This document shows positions 1-9,824 of a stretch of DNA of 64,000 nucleotides, piece by piece. The DNA is taken from the IMG/VR virus record IMGVR_UViG_2711768037_000005, positions 3,040 to 67,039 of that record; one strand, given 5' to 3'. Origin of the DNA: a virus. Its lineage: Duplodnaviria > Heunggongvirae > Uroviricota > Caudoviricetes. A program made the translations under genes and the position numbers. The first letter of the stretch is position 1, and each line of letters opens with the position of its first letter. The notes under the pieces were generated by a model that was given only the letters and a program-made list of their open reading frames with translations, did not search any database and was not told where the DNA came from.

Positions 1-11
1 GGAACTCTCCA

Positions 12-680
12 ATGACCAAGATCTTTGTGGTTGGCGGCACAAAGGGCGGGCCTGGCAAATCCACCGTTGCCCAGCAAATTGCCGTTTGCCTGAAAGTCAA
101 AAAGAAGAAGAAGGTTTATATTACCGATATAGATATTCAGCGCACGACAACGAGCTGGTGTGAAGACCGTCGACAGAACGAAAACCTTGAGCTGATTCCT
201 TTTGCATATGTTCAGGATGACATCATTAAGCATCTAAAATCGCTTCAGGGTAGAGCTGAGTTTGTAGTGGTAGATGCTGGTGGCTTCGACTCCGAAATTC
301 AGCGACAAGCGATGCTGATGGCTGACGTTATCATTATCCCGCTGCGTCCTAAGCGTCGTGATTTGAAATCTTTACGTGACATCGATCCTATTATCGACAA
401 TGTTCGCAATGTAAACGATAAAGTGAAGGTCCGTGCGGTCATGAACCAGTGCCCGGCTTTGCCATCACAAGTGTCTCGCATTCTGGCGGCTAAAGAGATT
501 GTCGAGACGTTTGGCATCGAGCCTGCGCCTGTCAATCTATATAACCGCAACGTCTACGATGATGCGGAAGAGTCTGGTCGTTCTATCTTTGAAATGACCG
601 GTAGCGAGCGCGACAAAAAGGCGGAAGCCGAGTTTGAAGAATTTGTAGATTATCTATTGAGTCTGGAGGAAGAAGAATAA
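12..680 (+). CDS. parA: ParA/ParF-type partition ATPase
   Basis: 222 aa; N-terminal deviant Walker A VVGGTKGGPGKST typical of ParA/MinD ATPases; small size fits type Ib partition ATPases; stop overlaps start of next ORF (TAATG). Confidence 0.75.
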   Translation: MTKIFVVGGTKGGPGKSTVAQQIAVCLKVKKKKKVYITDIDIQRTTTSWCEDRRQNENLELIPFAYVQDDIIKHLKSLQGRAEFVVVDAGGFDSEIQRQAMLMADVIIIPLRPKRRDLKSLRDIDPIIDNVRNVNDKVKVRAVMNQCPALPSQVSRILAAKEIVETFGIEPAPVNLYNRNVYDDAEESGRSIFEMTGSERDKKAEAEFEEFVDYLLSLEEEE

Positions 681-1039
681 TGTCCATGAAAATGGGTGAC
701 CTAGCAAAGCGCAAAGAACCAGATGCACTGGCCAAGAACACAACTCCTTTGCGCCAACCAGTCAGACCACAGGGACGCCCGACTCGTGGCAAAGAGAAAA
801 TTAAAAGCCGCACAATGTCGCTGGAGGACGAATACTTTGAACTTCTGGAAATGATGAAGTGTATCCCTCGCTTCGAGAAGTTCACCCGTTCTGATGTGAT
901 TCGCGCAGCCATTTTCCATCTGGCAGAGAAGTCACCGCAGGAAATCGAGGACATTGTGAAACTTAACGAGGCGATCACAGCTGCCGATGTAACGATGCGT
1001 ACCGATGAAATCAAGCGAGAACTCATGAAAAAAGGCTGA
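680..1039 (+). CDS. small partition partner, ribbon-helix-helix-like (ParG-like) DNA-binding protein
   Basis: 119 aa; basic disordered N-terminus then short strand/helix segment (TMSLEDEYFELLEMM...SDVIRAAIFHL); translationally coupled to parA; call by position and composition. Confidence 0.5.
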   Translation: MSMKMGDLAKRKEPDALAKNTTPLRQPVRPQGRPTRGKEKIKSRTMSLEDEYFELLEMMKCIPRFEKFTRSDVIRAAIFHLAEKSPQEIEDIVKLNEAITAADVTMRTDEIKRELMKKG

Positions 1040-1069
1040 CAACTTCCGGTCTGGCAGCTTCAATCAGAA

Positions 1070-1120
1070 CCTGTTTCTGTATATAAATAATAAGTAACTT
1101 ATTATTTATACGGAAGCAGG
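1070..1120. repeat. 51-bp imperfect palindrome (CCTGTTTCTGTATATAAATAATAAGT / ACTTATTATTTATACGGAAGCAGG), copy 1; terminator-like hairpin after the par operon
   Basis: arms read directly from sequence; followed by TCTTTTAAAAG; closely related second copy at 47792-47847. Confidence 0.6.
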
Positions 1121-1228
1121 TCTTTTAAAAGAAACCCACCAGAACAACTCCCTTCCGTTTTCACTTCCAAAAACTGACACCAGTCGCTATCATCCGCTCA
1201 TTGCAATAAGTAAGTAACAACCTACCTG

Positions 1229-1978
1229 GTGAGCCACATGAGCCAAATCTTTTTCGATACCATCGACAACGACCAGTACGACTTCATGACAGAGTGGAAT
1301 ACCGCTGTTATGGACAAGTGGGTCGCTGAAAACATTGGTTTGTCGCGCTGTAAAGACGAGGCTGAACTCTTCGAGACGAAGTGGTTTGATTACCGCGACA
1401 TGCATCCTCTGATGGCCACCTGTCTTTTTACGGAGGCATACAAACGTCAGTACTCAAATATCATGCTGACGCACGGTCGTGAACACTTTGAAACAGCTCC
1501 GTTCACCACCGGGTTAAAACGCCTGCCTTATCAGGAGTTGTCGACTGCTAATAAAACGTCGCTATGGAAAGCACGCCAGTTTGCGGATCGCTATTGCTGC
1601 TCATACGACTACTTTATCTCCACCGTTCTTTCCGCAGCTGCACGACGGCTGTGGGACAAGCTGCCGCGCCCACAGCATTTATGGCAGCCAGAGCTGGTTG
1701 AGATATTCGAAGAGAAATTAGCCAGACGCGCAACAACACGTCTAGATGATTCTCTGATTAGCTTTAAGCATATGGGAGACATGCAGTTCAACCCGATTCA
1801 GGAAAGCTATTTTGAGTGGATTCTGGAGCGTTTGCGCACTATCCCTCGCAGCAAGCGCATACGCGCAATTTTCTCCGCTATCTGGTTAATGGAAATCGTT
1901 CCAGAACGCCTTATTTCCGCCCACTTTCCAGAAGAACTGGAAGAAGCACGGCGGTTTATTGATCCCCTATCTAATTAA
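1229..1978 (+). CDS. hypothetical protein
   Basis: 249 aa ORF; no recognisable motif. Confidence 0.5.
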   Translation: MSHMSQIFFDTIDNDQYDFMTEWNTAVMDKWVAENIGLSRCKDEAELFETKWFDYRDMHPLMATCLFTEAYKRQYSNIMLTHGREHFETAPFTTGLKRLPYQELSTANKTSLWKARQFADRYCCSYDYFISTVLSAAARRLWDKLPRPQHLWQPELVEIFEEKLARRATTRLDDSLISFKHMGDMQFNPIQESYFEWILERLRTIPRSKRIRAIFSAIWLMEIVPERLISAHFPEELEEARRFIDPLSN

Positions 1979-2021
1979 CTAATGCTAGAAAACAATTTGT
2001 TTAAAAAACAAAGGAAAGCAC

Positions 2022-3362
2022 ATGACAGAACTTTGCCATACAGGACGCGGGCTGTCCGAAGAATTTGATGAAGATTTTCAGAACAGATTGACGGCCTATT
2101 TTTGTCGTGATCACGAGTTTCTTACTCGTGCGGGAGATCTTGTTGTGCCTAGCCAATTTGCCAATGCGGCCAATGCCATATTGGTTAATATGGTTTCGGG
2201 CTATTATCGTATGTACAAGAGCGCGCCCTCTTCATCTGCAATTCTGGATATGCTTAAGCGTGCGAAACGCGATAAGACTATCCGTGAGGAACTATTCGCC
2301 GATGTTGTTGCTGCGTTTAAGCGCATTCTTGCAGAAAAATTGTCCGATACCTCGTACATGGTTGACCAGGTATCAACCTTCGCAAAAAGCGTAGCGTTTG
2401 ATGATGCTCTGATTAAGGCTGCTGAACTGAAAGAGAAAGGCGACTTTCAGGGGGCGATGGCAATCATGGCCAAGGTTCAGCAGATTGGATCGAACGAAGC
2501 GACCGGAATCTATGACTACTACACCTCCGCAAGTGAGCGATTGAAAGCGCGTGAATATGAGGCTTCAGAGGAGTATGTGCCAAACAGCATTACAACTGGA
2601 CTCCCTCTGCTCGATAGGTTGCTGTACCAAAAAGGCTGGGCGAAGCGTGAAATGGTGCTCTTCATGGGGTTCGCTAAATCCGGTAAATCGACCGCAATGG
2701 GTGAGTTTTCCATAAACGCAACGCTTGCTGGCTACAATGTTCTGTATCTCTCGCTGGAGGTTCACACCAACATTTTGTCCGACCGTTTTGATGCAAGATT
2801 GTCGGAGACGGAAATGTCCAAGTTGGTGGAACGGCGCGATGAAGTTCATCGTAAGTTGGCAGAGTTGGGAGCCTCTAAGGGGATTGGTAGTTTGTGGGTT
2901 GTTGAGCGTCCGTCAGGAAGTATGTCACCGGCAGATCTGGACCGTATGCTTAACAGTATGAAAGCCAATGGCATGGTGCCTGACATGGTTGTTGTCGACT
3001 ACGCAGATTTGATGCGTGCCAGTTATGACCTTCGTGATGATCGCGCCAACATTCGTAGTATCTACACCGATTTACGTGCTCTTTATGACAAGCATAACGT
3101 TGCTGGGATCACGGCATCGCAGACAAACCGTGAAGGTGGCGCGTCAGAAGTTGCCACAATGATGCACGCTGCTGACAACATCGAAAAAGTACGTATTGCT
3201 GACCTGGTAATAACGATCAATAAAACCGAAGAAGAAGAAGCGAAAGGAGAGGCTCGTCTCTACTTTGCCGGTTCACGTAACCAGCAGGGAGGGATCAGCA
3301 TTCGCGTTAAACAAAACCTCGAACAAATGCGCTTCATTCAGCGAATCTTAGACGTTACCTAA
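2022..3362 (+). CDS. DnaB-family replicative helicase (RecA-fold C-terminal domain)
   Basis: 446 aa; Walker A GFAKSGKST followed by LYLSLEV (DnaB 'SLEM'-like), Walker B-like MVVVDYADL; immediately upstream of primase; conserved AAAGGAAAGCACATG initiation region. Confidence 0.7.
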   Translation: MTELCHTGRGLSEEFDEDFQNRLTAYFCRDHEFLTRAGDLVVPSQFANAANAILVNMVSGYYRMYKSAPSSSAILDMLKRAKRDKTIREELFADVVAAFKRILAEKLSDTSYMVDQVSTFAKSVAFDDALIKAAELKEKGDFQGAMAIMAKVQQIGSNEATGIYDYYTSASERLKAREYEASEEYVPNSITTGLPLLDRLLYQKGWAKREMVLFMGFAKSGKSTAMGEFSINATLAGYNVLYLSLEVHTNILSDRFDARLSETEMSKLVERRDEVHRKLAELGASKGIGSLWVVERPSGSMSPADLDRMLNSMKANGMVPDMVVVDYADLMRASYDLRDDRANIRSIYTDLRALYDKHNVAGITASQTNREGGASEVATMMHAADNIEKVRIADLVITINKTEEEEAKGEARLYFAGSRNQQGGISIRVKQNLEQMRFIQRILDVT

Positions 3363-3443
3363 AAAATAAGCGTGGAGAACACCTCCACGCTTGATTCATT
3401 GGTGAAACAACTTTTCTTTTGCCAAACCACAAAAGAAAAACAC

Positions 3444-4625
3444 ATGAGCCTTTATGTTATATCAACATTTAGGTTGGTCACAATATTGCCTGTTAAAAGT
3501 GGAATTATCGTGAGCGAGCTGAAAGAGCTAATTGCCGAATTAGATTTTGAACAATGGTTGGATACTGAAGGTATCGTTTATCGACGTGGAGGCGTGAGTG
3601 CTCGCGGTCGTGAAGTGAATATCAAGGAGTGTCCGGTATGCGGCAGCTCCAACTGGAAGGTATATTTCAATCTGACCAGTGGCGTCGGCAAATGCTTCGC
3701 TGGTGATCATCCCGAAGAGATTCAGTTCAATAAGCTGGTCTTCCTCAAGCACTACAGCGGTAAATCACGACGACAGTTCGAGGAATATGTGCAGAACGCT
3801 CTTCTTTCCCAGGGGTGGGCACCAAAGAAAGAAGAGATAGTGCTTGCAAGCACAGTCGAGTTAGAGGGACCACTTGCACTCCCTCGTCATTACGAACTTC
3901 CTATAGATGGCCGTCTTCCAGACTATCTGGTTGAACGAAACATATCGCCTGAAATGGCAAAGTATTTTGACCTACGATACTGCGTCGAAGGCAAGCACGC
4001 TTATGTAGATCCGTATACAGATCAGGTTAAAGGACAGATATTCGATATGCGAATACTGATACCGGTTTACGATCTGGATGGGGTAATGAAGACATTTCAG
4101 GGACGAGACATTACCGGTACAGCAGAACGCCGCTACCTCTTTCCTATGCAGCTTCCAGCTTCAGGTAAGTTTCTCTACAACGGCCATAATGCAGTCGGCA
4201 AACAGACTGTAGTTGTCTGTGAGGGGGCGTTCGATGTTATGGGGGTTAAACGAGCTATTTTTTACGAAGAAACATTACGTGATTACGTGGAACCAATAGG
4301 AACGTTCGGGATGCATCTATCTGGTAACACCACTCAGGATGCAGAAGATCAGTTAGGCGCGTTCCTGACGCTCAAGGCGCGTGGGTTACGTAATGTGATC
4401 ATGATGTGGGATAGTGAAAAGCAAGCTATACGCAACACTATGGCCGCAGCCAGGCGACTGACCAGTATCGGTCTTAATGTCAAAGTTGCGTGTTTGGGTG
4501 AGGAAGGACTCGACCCGGGCGGTGCAACGCCAGAACAAATTATCAAAGCCTATTATCGGGCAAAACCGTATACCAAACAGTTGGAGTTGCAAAGCAAGAT
4601 TTTGGGCATTAAGGCGCTATCGTAA
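3444..4625 (+). CDS. DNA primase (zinc-ribbon + Toprim)
   Basis: zinc ribbon CPVCGSSNW...KCFAGDH; Toprim motifs VVVCEGAFDVMG and MMWDSEKQA; start placed at ATG 3444 after the conserved AAAAGAAAAACACATG region (ORF track extends to 3372). Confidence 0.65.
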   Translation: MSLYVISTFRLVTILPVKSGIIVSELKELIAELDFEQWLDTEGIVYRRGGVSARGREVNIKECPVCGSSNWKVYFNLTSGVGKCFAGDHPEEIQFNKLVFLKHYSGKSRRQFEEYVQNALLSQGWAPKKEEIVLASTVELEGPLALPRHYELPIDGRLPDYLVERNISPEMAKYFDLRYCVEGKHAYVDPYTDQVKGQIFDMRILIPVYDLDGVMKTFQGRDITGTAERRYLFPMQLPASGKFLYNGHNAVGKQTVVVCEGAFDVMGVKRAIFYEETLRDYVEPIGTFGMHLSGNTTQDAEDQLGAFLTLKARGLRNVIMMWDSEKQAIRNTMAAARRLTSIGLNVKVACLGEEGLDPGGATPEQIIKAYYRAKPYTKQLELQSKILGIKALS

Positions 4626-4700
4626 CAAGCGCCGCCAAAATAAGTAGATGGTTACTTATCTTTCTGTAAGAATACTTTCATCTGTTAGCTAGGAGTTGGT

Positions 4701-5483
4701 ATGAAAGACGAAATTCAGAAATTAGCCTGCGACATCATTGATAAAACTGGTTTAGAAATCAGCGAGAGCAATCGGCTAGACATCATTGAAAAAGCCGTCA
4801 ATACGGCAATGGATCATATCGCCACTCGTTTGGTCGAGATCCCGCTACCGGGGCTACCTTATCTGAAGGTTAAGTTGTGCGTATGGGGCGAACCTGCACA
4901 TGCACGACGTTCTGCATTAGTTGTTTTTGTACGCAAAGAAAACTTACGAACTCTAAAAGTGCAGGTTGGGGCGTGGTTTGATGGCAGAGTCATCTATACA
5001 GATACCATTATCTGTCCTCCAGGTGACGAACATATTGAAGCCGTCATTCGAGAATCAATTCGAGCTATGCGCAGTTTAGCTTTGCTGGAAGACAAGCAAA
5101 ACTTTGAAGATTACTTGCTGTCGGTAAAAGCTGAACCAACATTGTCTCTGAAAGCCGATTTCGTAACTCCGACAAACCTGTTGGATGTTTTGATTAATAA
5201 AGGTGCTAGTGATGCCGTAAATGTAATCAGGGAGAGCGAATATTCGACTCTTTGCGACATGTGCAGAAGTCAGTTGGATCTTGTGCATATCGTTGTTGAT
5301 GCGGGGAAGGCATGTGATGGAGTAATAGCGGAATTTGCTGGGAAGATGGTCAGGATTGCTAACGAATTACCGATGATAGAGCAAGAGGCTAAATCATACG
5401 CCACCAATCATGTCACAGAGCTTCTTGCCCCCTATCGCTTAGAAAGCGATCAGCGCAAGATGATTAGCTGGGGAAGTTGGTAA
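4701..5483 (+). CDS. hypothetical protein
   Basis: 260 aa ORF, RBS GGAG upstream. Confidence 0.5.
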   Translation: MKDEIQKLACDIIDKTGLEISESNRLDIIEKAVNTAMDHIATRLVEIPLPGLPYLKVKLCVWGEPAHARRSALVVFVRKENLRTLKVQVGAWFDGRVIYTDTIICPPGDEHIEAVIRESIRAMRSLALLEDKQNFEDYLLSVKAEPTLSLKADFVTPTNLLDVLINKGASDAVNVIRESEYSTLCDMCRSQLDLVHIVVDAGKACDGVIAEFAGKMVRIANELPMIEQEAKSYATNHVTELLAPYRLESDQRKMISWGSW

Positions 5484-5550
5484 GCTCTCTGTGTGTCGTT
5501 TTTTACGCAAATAATGATAGGTAAGCACAAGATTATTTCTGGCGGTAATT

Positions 5551-6021
5551 GTGAAAGCTGATTTGTCAAAAATCCCTTCTATTTCAGGAAATAACGGTTA
5601 TTCACTTCGTTGTGAGGAAGTAAAGATAAACGGTGAGTCGGCATATTGCAGCTATTCCGTTTGCCAGCACACCATTCTTGCCTTCAAAGAAAACCGTCTT
5701 CCTCGAACTTCTTTCCAGTCGTGCGCAACCGCTATTAAAGCAGGCAAATGCAAGGCGTTAAAAATGATGGTTGAAGAGATTCGTAAAGGAGAATCTCTGT
5801 ATTTCGAAGATATGACCGCACTCATTAAGGAGGTTGAAGAACGGAATAAACAAGCCAGAACTATAAAACGAAAACGTGACAGTGTAACGATTAATGACAT
5901 GGTTAAGAAGAGCGCCACATCACAAACAACGATCACTGACGTGTATGCGGCGTTGCTTGAAGAAACAACAAAAGAAACACATGAGCAAATCGATCAACAT
6001 ATGGAGGCAAAACAACAATGA
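5551..6021 (+). CDS. hypothetical protein
   Basis: 156 aa ORF; stop overlaps start of ligase gene. Confidence 0.45.
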   Translation: MKADLSKIPSISGNNGYSLRCEEVKINGESAYCSYSVCQHTILAFKENRLPRTSFQSCATAIKAGKCKALKMMVEEIRKGESLYFEDMTALIKEVEERNKQARTIKRKRDSVTINDMVKKSATSQTTITDVYAALLEETTKETHEQIDQHMEAKQQ

Positions 6022-7340
6022 AAAAGTTGATCGCACTTAAGCATAAGCTGGACGAAATGAAAGCTATGGGAACCAATGCAAAAAAAGAGGCATTGGCCAA
6101 CATGGATGACTTTGAACAAAGCATGGTTTCATTGATGCTCAACCCTTTCATCCGTTTTGGGGTAAAGAAATACAAAGTGGCAGAGCCGCTTAGTGAGTCC
6201 GTCCCAAGTGACGAAAAAGCCATTGATATACTGAATAAGCTGGCCTCTCGCGAGCTGACGGGGAACGCAGCAATAGCAGCTGTTGAGTCTATCGTGGCGT
6301 CAATGTGCGCCGATGGGCAGGACGTGTTCCGTCGTTTCCTCTTAAAAGACCCGAAAGCAGGTGTTGGGATTAGCCTATGCAACAAGGTTTTTGAAAATCC
6401 CATTCCGAAATTCGAGGTGCAGCTGGCGTCACCGTATAAAGAAAAAGGCGACAAATACCCCTTCAAGCCAAATGCTAAAGCAAAATGGCCGATGATTGGC
6501 AGTCTTAAGCTCGATGGTTTGCGAGTAATTTGCGAGGTTATTGTTGACGAGGAAGAGGTTAACTTCCTTTCTCGTACTGGTAATCCAATCACGTCTCTCG
6601 ATCACCTAAAGCCAGCCATGCTCGAATTAGGCAAACTTTCAGGCCACAAACACATCTTCTTCGATGGTGAAGGAACTGCCGGTTCATTTAACCAGTCCGT
6701 ATCTGCATTGCGCAAAAAGAACGTGCAGGCAATTGGCGCTATTTATCATGTTTTCGACTTCTTCCTACCGGAATGGCGAGCACAGGCTAAATCCAAAGAG
6801 TATGCAAAGACAGGTATGAAGCTGAAAGAGCGCCTGGCTATGCTGGTGGCGTTGTTCAAAAACGATCGCAGTGAAGGCTACACACAAGACATTCACCTGC
6901 ATCCGTTCTATATCATCCATAGCCACGAAGACTTCATCGAACGCTTCATGAAACGCCTGGACGATAACGAAGAAGGGGAGATGGGCAAAGATCCGAACTC
7001 TGTTTACGAGTTTAAACGTACCCGCAGCTGGTGGAAGTTAAAAGACGAAGATTCAGAAGATGGTGAAATTATCGACTTTGAGCCGGGCGATCCGGACTCT
7101 GGTTTTGCCAACACGCTTGGAAAAATTGTTATTCGTCTTGAAAACGGCGTCATCGTTCGTGCGAGCGGTATTAAGCATAAATATCTGGACGAGATCTGGA
7201 ACAACAAAGAGAAGTACCGTGGTCGTATTGTTGAGGTTCATTGTCACGAGAAAACACCGGATGGCAGCTTACGCCACCCACGACTGAAATGGCCGCGTTG
7301 CTTACGCGATACAGAAGATCGAATCGGAGATAAAGAATGA
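6018..7340 (+). CDS. DNA ligase (ATP-dependent type, by size)
   Basis: 440 aa; adenylation motif GSLKLDGLRV (KxDG); size fits phage ATP-dependent ligases rather than ~670 aa NAD-dependent LigA. Confidence 0.65.
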   Translation: MKKLIALKHKLDEMKAMGTNAKKEALANMDDFEQSMVSLMLNPFIRFGVKKYKVAEPLSESVPSDEKAIDILNKLASRELTGNAAIAAVESIVASMCADGQDVFRRFLLKDPKAGVGISLCNKVFENPIPKFEVQLASPYKEKGDKYPFKPNAKAKWPMIGSLKLDGLRVICEVIVDEEEVNFLSRTGNPITSLDHLKPAMLELGKLSGHKHIFFDGEGTAGSFNQSVSALRKKNVQAIGAIYHVFDFFLPEWRAQAKSKEYAKTGMKLKERLAMLVALFKNDRSEGYTQDIHLHPFYIIHSHEDFIERFMKRLDDNEEGEMGKDPNSVYEFKRTRSWWKLKDEDSEDGEIIDFEPGDPDSGFANTLGKIVIRLENGVIVRASGIKHKYLDEIWNNKEKYRGRIVEVHCHEKTPDGSLRHPRLKWPRCLRDTEDRIGDKE

Positions 7341-7517
7341 TGCTCGGCTGGATGATTGCATTTTTAGCAGTTGGTTTTTTCATAGGTATTGTGGTGATGT
7401 CCAGTTGCATCAATGACTACATTAAAAGCGGTGTTATAGAAAGACGCGGTCGTATTTATCGCATTGTAGAAATAACCAACACCCTGAAGGAGATTAAGGA
7501 TGATCGTATTAAGTAAA
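7338..7517 (+). CDS. small membrane protein (59 aa)
   Basis: ATGA overlap with ligase stop; N-terminal hydrophobic helix MMLGWMIAFLAVGFFIGIVVM; C-terminal motif GRIYRIVEIT shared with neighbouring small ORFs; below the 60-aa ORF-track cutoff. Confidence 0.4.
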
Positions 7518-7860
7518 CGGGAGAAGGAAACGCTTCATGAAATCAGTAAGTGGCCGGAGTTCCCTGAGTACTGGAAGCCTAAAACGCGAGCTTAGTTAGA
7601 GCGTTTAGGGTTGGTTGCAAACGTTTCTGAAACGTGGTGTTCGGCCAACTACCAGTTAACTGATAAAGGGAAAGTATTGCTACAGCAATTAGTAGAATCA
7701 GGAGCGTTAAAATGATTCCATATATCTCATTAGCTTTTATGGGGCGCTTCCTTATCGGCTTCGGCATCTGTCGTGACTTAATTAAGCAGGAACTTAAAAC
7801 CAAAACACTGTGCATCGGAAAGCGTGTGTATCGGGTAGTTCATGAAACAAAGGTTAGAAA

Positions 7861-8151
7861 ATGAGCAATTTAACTTCTTGGGACCGGTGGTTGGCCACCT
7901 ATTTCTTAGCGGCCGGAGTCGCATTCGCCTTTTACGTAGGTCAGTTAGTCGTAAAACTGTTGCTGATTAAATTTGCTAGTCATAAACGTATCGATGATGG
8001 TCTGTGGCGTCTTGGCACCCTGGTGGAAACTCGCTACGGGCAACTTAAGGAGAACGAAACCATTACTATCCAAGCGAAACGATTCACTGCCACCATCACA
8101 AGAACACCTAGTCGTAGAGTGGCCTTGATCAAAAAAGTTACAACCGAATAA
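7861..8151 (+). CDS. small membrane protein
   Basis: 96 aa; predicted N-terminal TM helix (YFLAAGVAFAFYVGQLVVKLLLI). Confidence 0.45.
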   Translation: MSNLTSWDRWLATYFLAAGVAFAFYVGQLVVKLLLIKFASHKRIDDGLWRLGTLVETRYGQLKENETITIQAKRFTATITRTPSRRVALIKKVTTE

Positions 8152-8918
8152 AAACATATCGATAAGTGTTTACTTACTTATCCTTTGTGTATAAGATGAC
8201 TTTGTTTTCGTTGAGACGCGACTGTTTGAACTTAAATACAAGTGCAAACGAAGAAGTCTATCTGGCAGTAGCCTAATAAGCCAAACACCAGCGAGGTCAG
8301 TTTCCAGCCTCGTTACCGAAATGGGACACACTGAGCGAGTGTGATTGCAGAACGCAGGAGGGAACATGAGTGTTCCCTCCGATGAAGTAACAAAATGGGC
8401 GGTCGGTATATTTTCAACTCCATATGACTCCCGGATTCTTAGCCACTGACCGCCCATTCTGTTACGTCATTTTGTTCAATTATGTCGTTTATACTGGGTT
8501 AAAAAGCGGCGACGTAGCCCGGCTGGTATGGTTAGCCAGCACACAACGTTGAGGCCATTACATTTTTATCAATTCTAAGGTTCTATTCACAGAGATACCG
8601 GCGAGCGTTGATATGTAACATGTTGGGCAAACATTTAATCGGAGTAGTGGCCTCAACATTGTGAAGACGGGATTGTTGTGTAGGTTTAACCACTGTTGCC
8701 TGTTTTCACAACAAATGATTCCATACATCACATTGTATAAATTACAAAGTAGGTGCTGTCCTCAGAAACATCATCTACTTAAAGATTTAGCCTTCTATTG
8801 AGCGAAGTCGAAAGCGTCTGGCACTAACGAAAAGTGCAAGTAGCGGTGCGTTTCCTGGCAGAAACTAACACCGCCGCGATTAGCACTGTTGAGTAATAAA
8901 TACTGTCAGTGCTGAATT

Positions 8919-8993
8919 GATGGTGTAGCTCAGCGGTAGAGCAGTTGGCTGTTAACCAACTGGTCGGTGGTTCGAATCCACCCACCATCGCCA
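8919..8993 (+). tRNA. tRNA-Asn (anticodon GTT)
   Basis: cloverleaf traced by hand: acceptor GATGGTG/CACCATC, D-arm GCTC-AGCGGTA-GAGC, anticodon arm GTTGG-CTGTTAA-CCAAC, T-arm GGTGG-TTCGAAT-CCACC, encoded CCA. Confidence 0.85.
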
Positions 8994-8998
8994 ATTTA

Positions 8999-9085
8999 GG
9001 GGAGTTAGTCCGTAGAGGTAGCGGTGTAGACTGTAAATCTACTGTCATGGCGACTCGGGTGGTTCGACTCCATCACTCCCCACCA
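8999..9085 (+). tRNA. tRNA-Tyr (anticodon GTA), long variable arm
   Basis: acceptor GGGGAGT/ACTCCCC; anticodon arm GTAGA-CTGTAAA-TCTAC; long variable arm; T-arm GGTGG-TTCGACT-CCATC; encoded CCA; D-arm atypical. Confidence 0.7.
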
Positions 9086-9089
9086 AATT

Positions 9090-9165
9090 GCCGGTTTAGC
9101 TCAGTTGGTAGAGCGGCTGCCTTGTAAGCAGGATGTCAGCGGTTCGAGTCCGTTAACCGGCACCA
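9090..9165 (+). tRNA. tRNA-Thr (anticodon TGT)
   Basis: acceptor GCCGGTT/AACCGGC; D-arm GCTC-AGTTGGTA-GAGC; anticodon loop CTTGTAA; T-arm AGCGG-TTCGAGT-CCGTT; encoded CCA; one mismatch at the base of the anticodon stem. Confidence 0.75.
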
Positions 9166-9656
9166 ACATAATATTGAGAACATTGGCGTAACGGGTTCAT
9201 ATCCCAATTTATGAATAAATGTTGCGTTGCCGCGTGACAACCAGTGTTCTCAACATTGTGGTGAATGCACAGGCTGATGTGCCGCAACTACAGTAGTGCG
9301 CGCTTTGCGGGGCTTGCTACAACCCTGTGTCGGAGATCAGCGCCGACCATCACAATTTGGCTCTCTTGCAACAGCATAACGCTGAAATATGTCCAATCTG
9401 GTGCGGCCTGTTCACCCGCCGTTAGCTCCACGAAACGGAGCGCACAACAGGAAAGAGCATTGAGAACCGCCGACTGCCCTGTTTGAAGCGTAAGTCCGTG
9501 CAAACGTCATACAGTGCTCTTTTCGTTGTGGTTGATGCGCAGACTGATGCGCGGAAAGAAATGCCCCAGCGACACACGAGGCGAGTTCACACACTGCATT
9601 GCAGTCAGTAGCCGGGGTCGCTAAGCCGGAGATCAGTACCGGTAACCACAACAATT

Positions 9657-9743
9657 GGAGAGTAGGGAGCATGGTGCTCAAGCGGTCTTGAAAGCCGTCC
9701 CATTGCGCAAGCGATGATGGTTCGATTCCATTACTCTCCGCCA
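9657..9743 (+). tRNA. tRNA-Ser-like (anticodon TGA), type II with long variable arm
   Basis: acceptor GGAGAGT/ACTCTCC; anticodon arm GCGGT-CTTGAAA-GCCGT (two G-U pairs); T-arm GATGG-TTCGATT-CCATT; encoded CCA; D-arm short and atypical, so could be degenerate. Confidence 0.55.
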
Positions 9744-9744
9744 G

Positions 9745-9824
9745 ACACAGCGTTGAGCGGTTTGGCCTTTTAATCAACCAGATTAAGACTCCGCTAACAT
9801 AAACCAAACCGCTCAACGCTGTGT
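9745..9824. repeat. perfect 21-bp inverted repeat hairpin (ACACAGCGTTGAGCGGTTTGG ... CCAAACCGCTCAACGCTGTGT) immediately 3' of tRNA-Ser
   Basis: arms read directly; ~38-nt loop; one of a family of (A/G)TTGAG...CTCAA hairpins in the tRNA region. Confidence 0.7.

Noticed and set aside
5933-6592. 219-aa minus-strand ORF
   Set aside because: Lies antisense to the well-supported ligase gene and the upstream + strand ORF, with low-complexity Ser-rich translation; judged a shadow ORF.
8170-8457. 95-aa minus-strand ORF
   Set aside because: Overlaps a region with strong hairpin and long-range pairing potential and has no RBS; more likely non-coding.
8460-8920. Additional protein-coding genes or tRNAs upstream of tRNA-Asn
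   Set aside because: Only short hairpins and (A/G)TTGAG-type inverted repeats were found; no cloverleaf or convincing ORF.
9361-9525. Possible additional or degenerate tRNA between tRNA-Thr and tRNA-Ser
   Set aside because: No T-loop (GTTCRANYC) or acceptor-stem pairing could be traced; the segment is better described as part of the repeated hairpin modules.
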